From positions 14,245,801 through 14,309,800 of the forward strand of contig OZ037767.1 of NCBI GenBank assembly GCA_964035545.1: a stretch of DNA of 64,000 nt, written 5' to 3'. This document shows positions 61,076 through 64,000 of this stretch, piece after piece. Position 1 is the stretch's first letter; the number at the start of each line of letters is the position of its first letter. A program made the position numbers and the translations under genes. Source of the DNA: Bugula neritina (taxonomy: Eukaryota; Animalia; Bryozoa). The notes beneath the pieces were generated by a model. It did no database searches and was not told where the DNA came from. It saw nothing but the letters and a program-made list of their open reading frames with translations.

Positions 61076-63039
61076 CTATTCTTCTGCACCATTATTTATT
61101 CCCTGTATTTCATCCAGTTTGCGTTGTGTTGCCTCATCTCTCTCCTTCATATCATCTGTTCGCTTTTCACTGTAGTCAGTAACATTCAAGAACTTTGCTA
61201 GGCTGAAGTAGTCACTCTCTGTGAAAGCTTTCAGAGTGCAGTCTTGAGATGTCATCAATTGACATAAATCTTCTTCATTGTTCTGGTAAGGCCTAACTGC
61301 TTTAATTCTCAATTTAAATCTGTAGTCTTCAGCAAACTTTCTCAATGCTCTAGCACAATTCTTTTCTTGAGCACCACACGGCGCAAAGGTAAGATATATG
61401 TCCAACATTACTGGCTTGACATCTGCTTCGTATCTGTCCTCATAATAAGCCTCTCGATAAGCCTCCATGAATTTCTGCTCTGCATGTGACTCCTCATCAC
61501 TTTTGAACAACCTTATAGTTGTTTTCTTGGCAACATAGCTGCGAACAAATAGATATCTTGGACATGGCGGAGTAATCTCCTCTGTATAGACCTTCCAAGC
61601 ACTCTCTACAAGATACATCAATAATCTATGGCAAAACGAAATAATAAATATAATAATTATTTACTATGGCAGATTAAAAATTTTGAGATCACATGGTAAC
61701 TTTAATATCTTCATTGGATGGTATTTTATTTACTCACTATCCTGTATTTTTCTCAGCTGTTTTTCTGTTTTCATGTCTCTCAATGCTAGTGTAGCTTGTG
61801 GAATTATTGGAAAACGCAAGTACCCTGCGAGATTGAGGTAGTCTTCCTCTGTGAGAAATCTGACAGTGCAGTACGCAGATGTCATCAACTCACACAACTC
61901 TTCTTCATTTGCAGGGTCAGGTTCAACTGCATTAATGACATTCAACTGAAAACTGTATTCTTCTGCAAAAGCTTTCAACTGGCCAGCATCATTCATTGAA
62001 TGAGTAAGATACACATCCAACTTTACTTGTTTGTCTCCTCCTCCATGTCTTTTCTTATTATCCTTTTTAAATTCCTTTACAAATTTCTGCTCTGCATGCA
62101 GCTCATCACTTGTAAAAAGCCGGTCTCTACTCTCATCACCATGGTAGTGCACAAATAAATATGTTCGAGATGACGGAATGTAGGTATCTGTAAAAACCTT
62201 CCAAGCACTTTCTACAAGAAATATCGATCCAAACTTGTGTAAAATTAATTTAGATCAATATAACATTTGCTATGGTAGGTTGGCAATTATTTTAAATTAG
62301 TCACTTTAATATCTGCGTTGCATATTTATACAGCCATACTCACCATACAGTATTTTTTCGAGATGGAGTCGTGTCTCCTCATCTCTATCCTTCATATCCT
62401 GTGTGTACTCCCAATCTTCTTCAATACCCAAATACTGTGTTAGGTCTATGTAGTCCTGCTCTGTGAAAGCTTCCACAGTGCAGTATCGAGATGTCATCAA
62501 GTAACACAATTCTTCTATATTTTGATAGTAAGGTGCAGCTACTTTAATATTCAACTCAAAGTTGTAGTCTTTAGCAAATGCTCTCAACTTTGTAGCACAA
62601 TTCTTTCCTCGAGCACCACACGGAGCATAGGTAAGATACATGTCCAACTTTACTCGTTCACTTAATTCGTTCTGATATCTATTGGCATACTCGTTTCTAT
62701 AAGCATTCATGAAGTTCTCCTCTGCATGTAACCCCATAGCATTTTGAAAAAATCTATTGTGATTCTCGACACTAGGGTGGCGGTGTACAAGTAAGAAGGT
62801 CCTAGACTGATAATAGTTGTTATAGCCCATGTTTTTATAGTCAGACCTGACATTATCTAAAAATTATTTAGACAAGTGTAAAATAAAATAATTAATATTC
62901 TTAAGAAATTCTTAGCAAAGTTAAAAAATAGTCACTTCAATATCTACATAATAATATTTGTATGTAATCATATATATATATACTCACTAATCACTCTACT
63001 ATCTGTCAATGGTAAAGGAATTCTTGGTTGATTCTGCAT
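61076..63039 (-). CDS. Three-domain AID/APOBEC-like deaminase, copy C (522 aa); exons 63039-62988, 62856-62344, 62211-61738, 61605-61076
   Basis: D1 HAEE...PCGARGKNC; D2 HAEQ...THSMND (both Cys lost); D3 HAEQ...PCGAQEKNC. Donors are GTGAGT. Exon lengths 52+513+474+530=1569 nt. Confidence 0.88.
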
Positions 63040-64000
63040 ATTCTTCTAATCCGCTGAAGTTTATTGCAACCAACTATTCATGTGTCTAGTTGTTATCTGA
63101 CACAGCATACGCGGTTGTTGAGAATCACAGGTCAGGTTTTTCAGGTTTATTAACCAATCAACTTGTCTAAAAAGTTAGCAGCCATTGTCATGTTGTTATT
63201 CACTATTGGACAAGTAAACCTAAACTATTATAGGAATAAGGTATAGGATAATTGTTTATTAATAATATTTATTTTGAGAAGTTGTCTGTGTACTCTCATC
63301 TGATTGGTCAGACTATTGAGTATATATAGCCTGAGTACCTACTTTATGGAATTATAATTGACAAAGTACACACTAAACTATATGAGTCATATTTATACCC
63401 AAGAACTAAGTATATTTTATATATCTAATCTAATATCTCGCGCAATAAATACTCAGCTACAGGATAATATGCAGCAATATACTGCCACATGCTTCATTAT
63501 ATTTCATATGGCAACACTATCAGTACAGTAAACCTGAAAAGGGTCAGCATTTTGTACTATTGCATGTATTATACTTATTTTATGCAGTAACACTTATAAT
63601 ATGATATACGTATAATAGGAAGATATTAGAGCAACCTACAAGCAATGGGGATACCCATCAAATAATTCATAAGCTAAACACTTACTAAGATAGAGTGTTG
63701 AGTGAAATATTAATAATTATATTATATGCCATCACATATGTTACTACATATAATTTTAGTCCAGTATAATAAAGCGGAAGTAGACTATAAAATATCTTTG
63801 AGTAACAAATTGTATTTAGTGCCAACTTTTCTATTAAATACAGACAATAATATGCTTAAATAATCAACTTCTTAACTTGCCCAGGATTTTGCTGTTAAAA
63901 TGAAAGTATTTATAGGTGACCCAAAGATTTTTCTGTTATAAACTATAGTGTATATAAGAAGTGCAACTGAGTTAGATTGAATAGTATCATTAGTTGATCT

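Overview
AT-rich, intron-containing animal (probably invertebrate) genomic DNA. The window is a tandem array of about 2.5 copies of a 22-29 kb block. Each block carries an intact 11-exon Taspase1 (TASP1) gene on +, a tail-to-tail multi-domain AID/APOBEC-like zinc deaminase gene on -, a disrupted CALML4-like EF-hand gene on -, and an unidentified decayed coding-like region. The main result is the deaminase genes, which the ORF track shows only as fragments. Spliced by hand, they encode 522, 617 and 522 aa proteins with 3, 4 and 3 tandem deaminase domains. Each domain sits on its own phase-1 exon, and the introns are paralogous to each other. Intact domains (HAE...PC-x6/9-C) are mixed with Zn-ligand-defective ones, and copies A and C look recombined. 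This resembles an independent APOBEC3-style expansion. Copy-specific insertions are a decayed Sola2-like transposon containing an ~880-bp palindrome, two related 3.2-kb GTGAC-ended elements, two solo-LTR-like elements and a ~100-bp tRNA-derived element. Exon boundaries and family calls were made by eye, without database searches.
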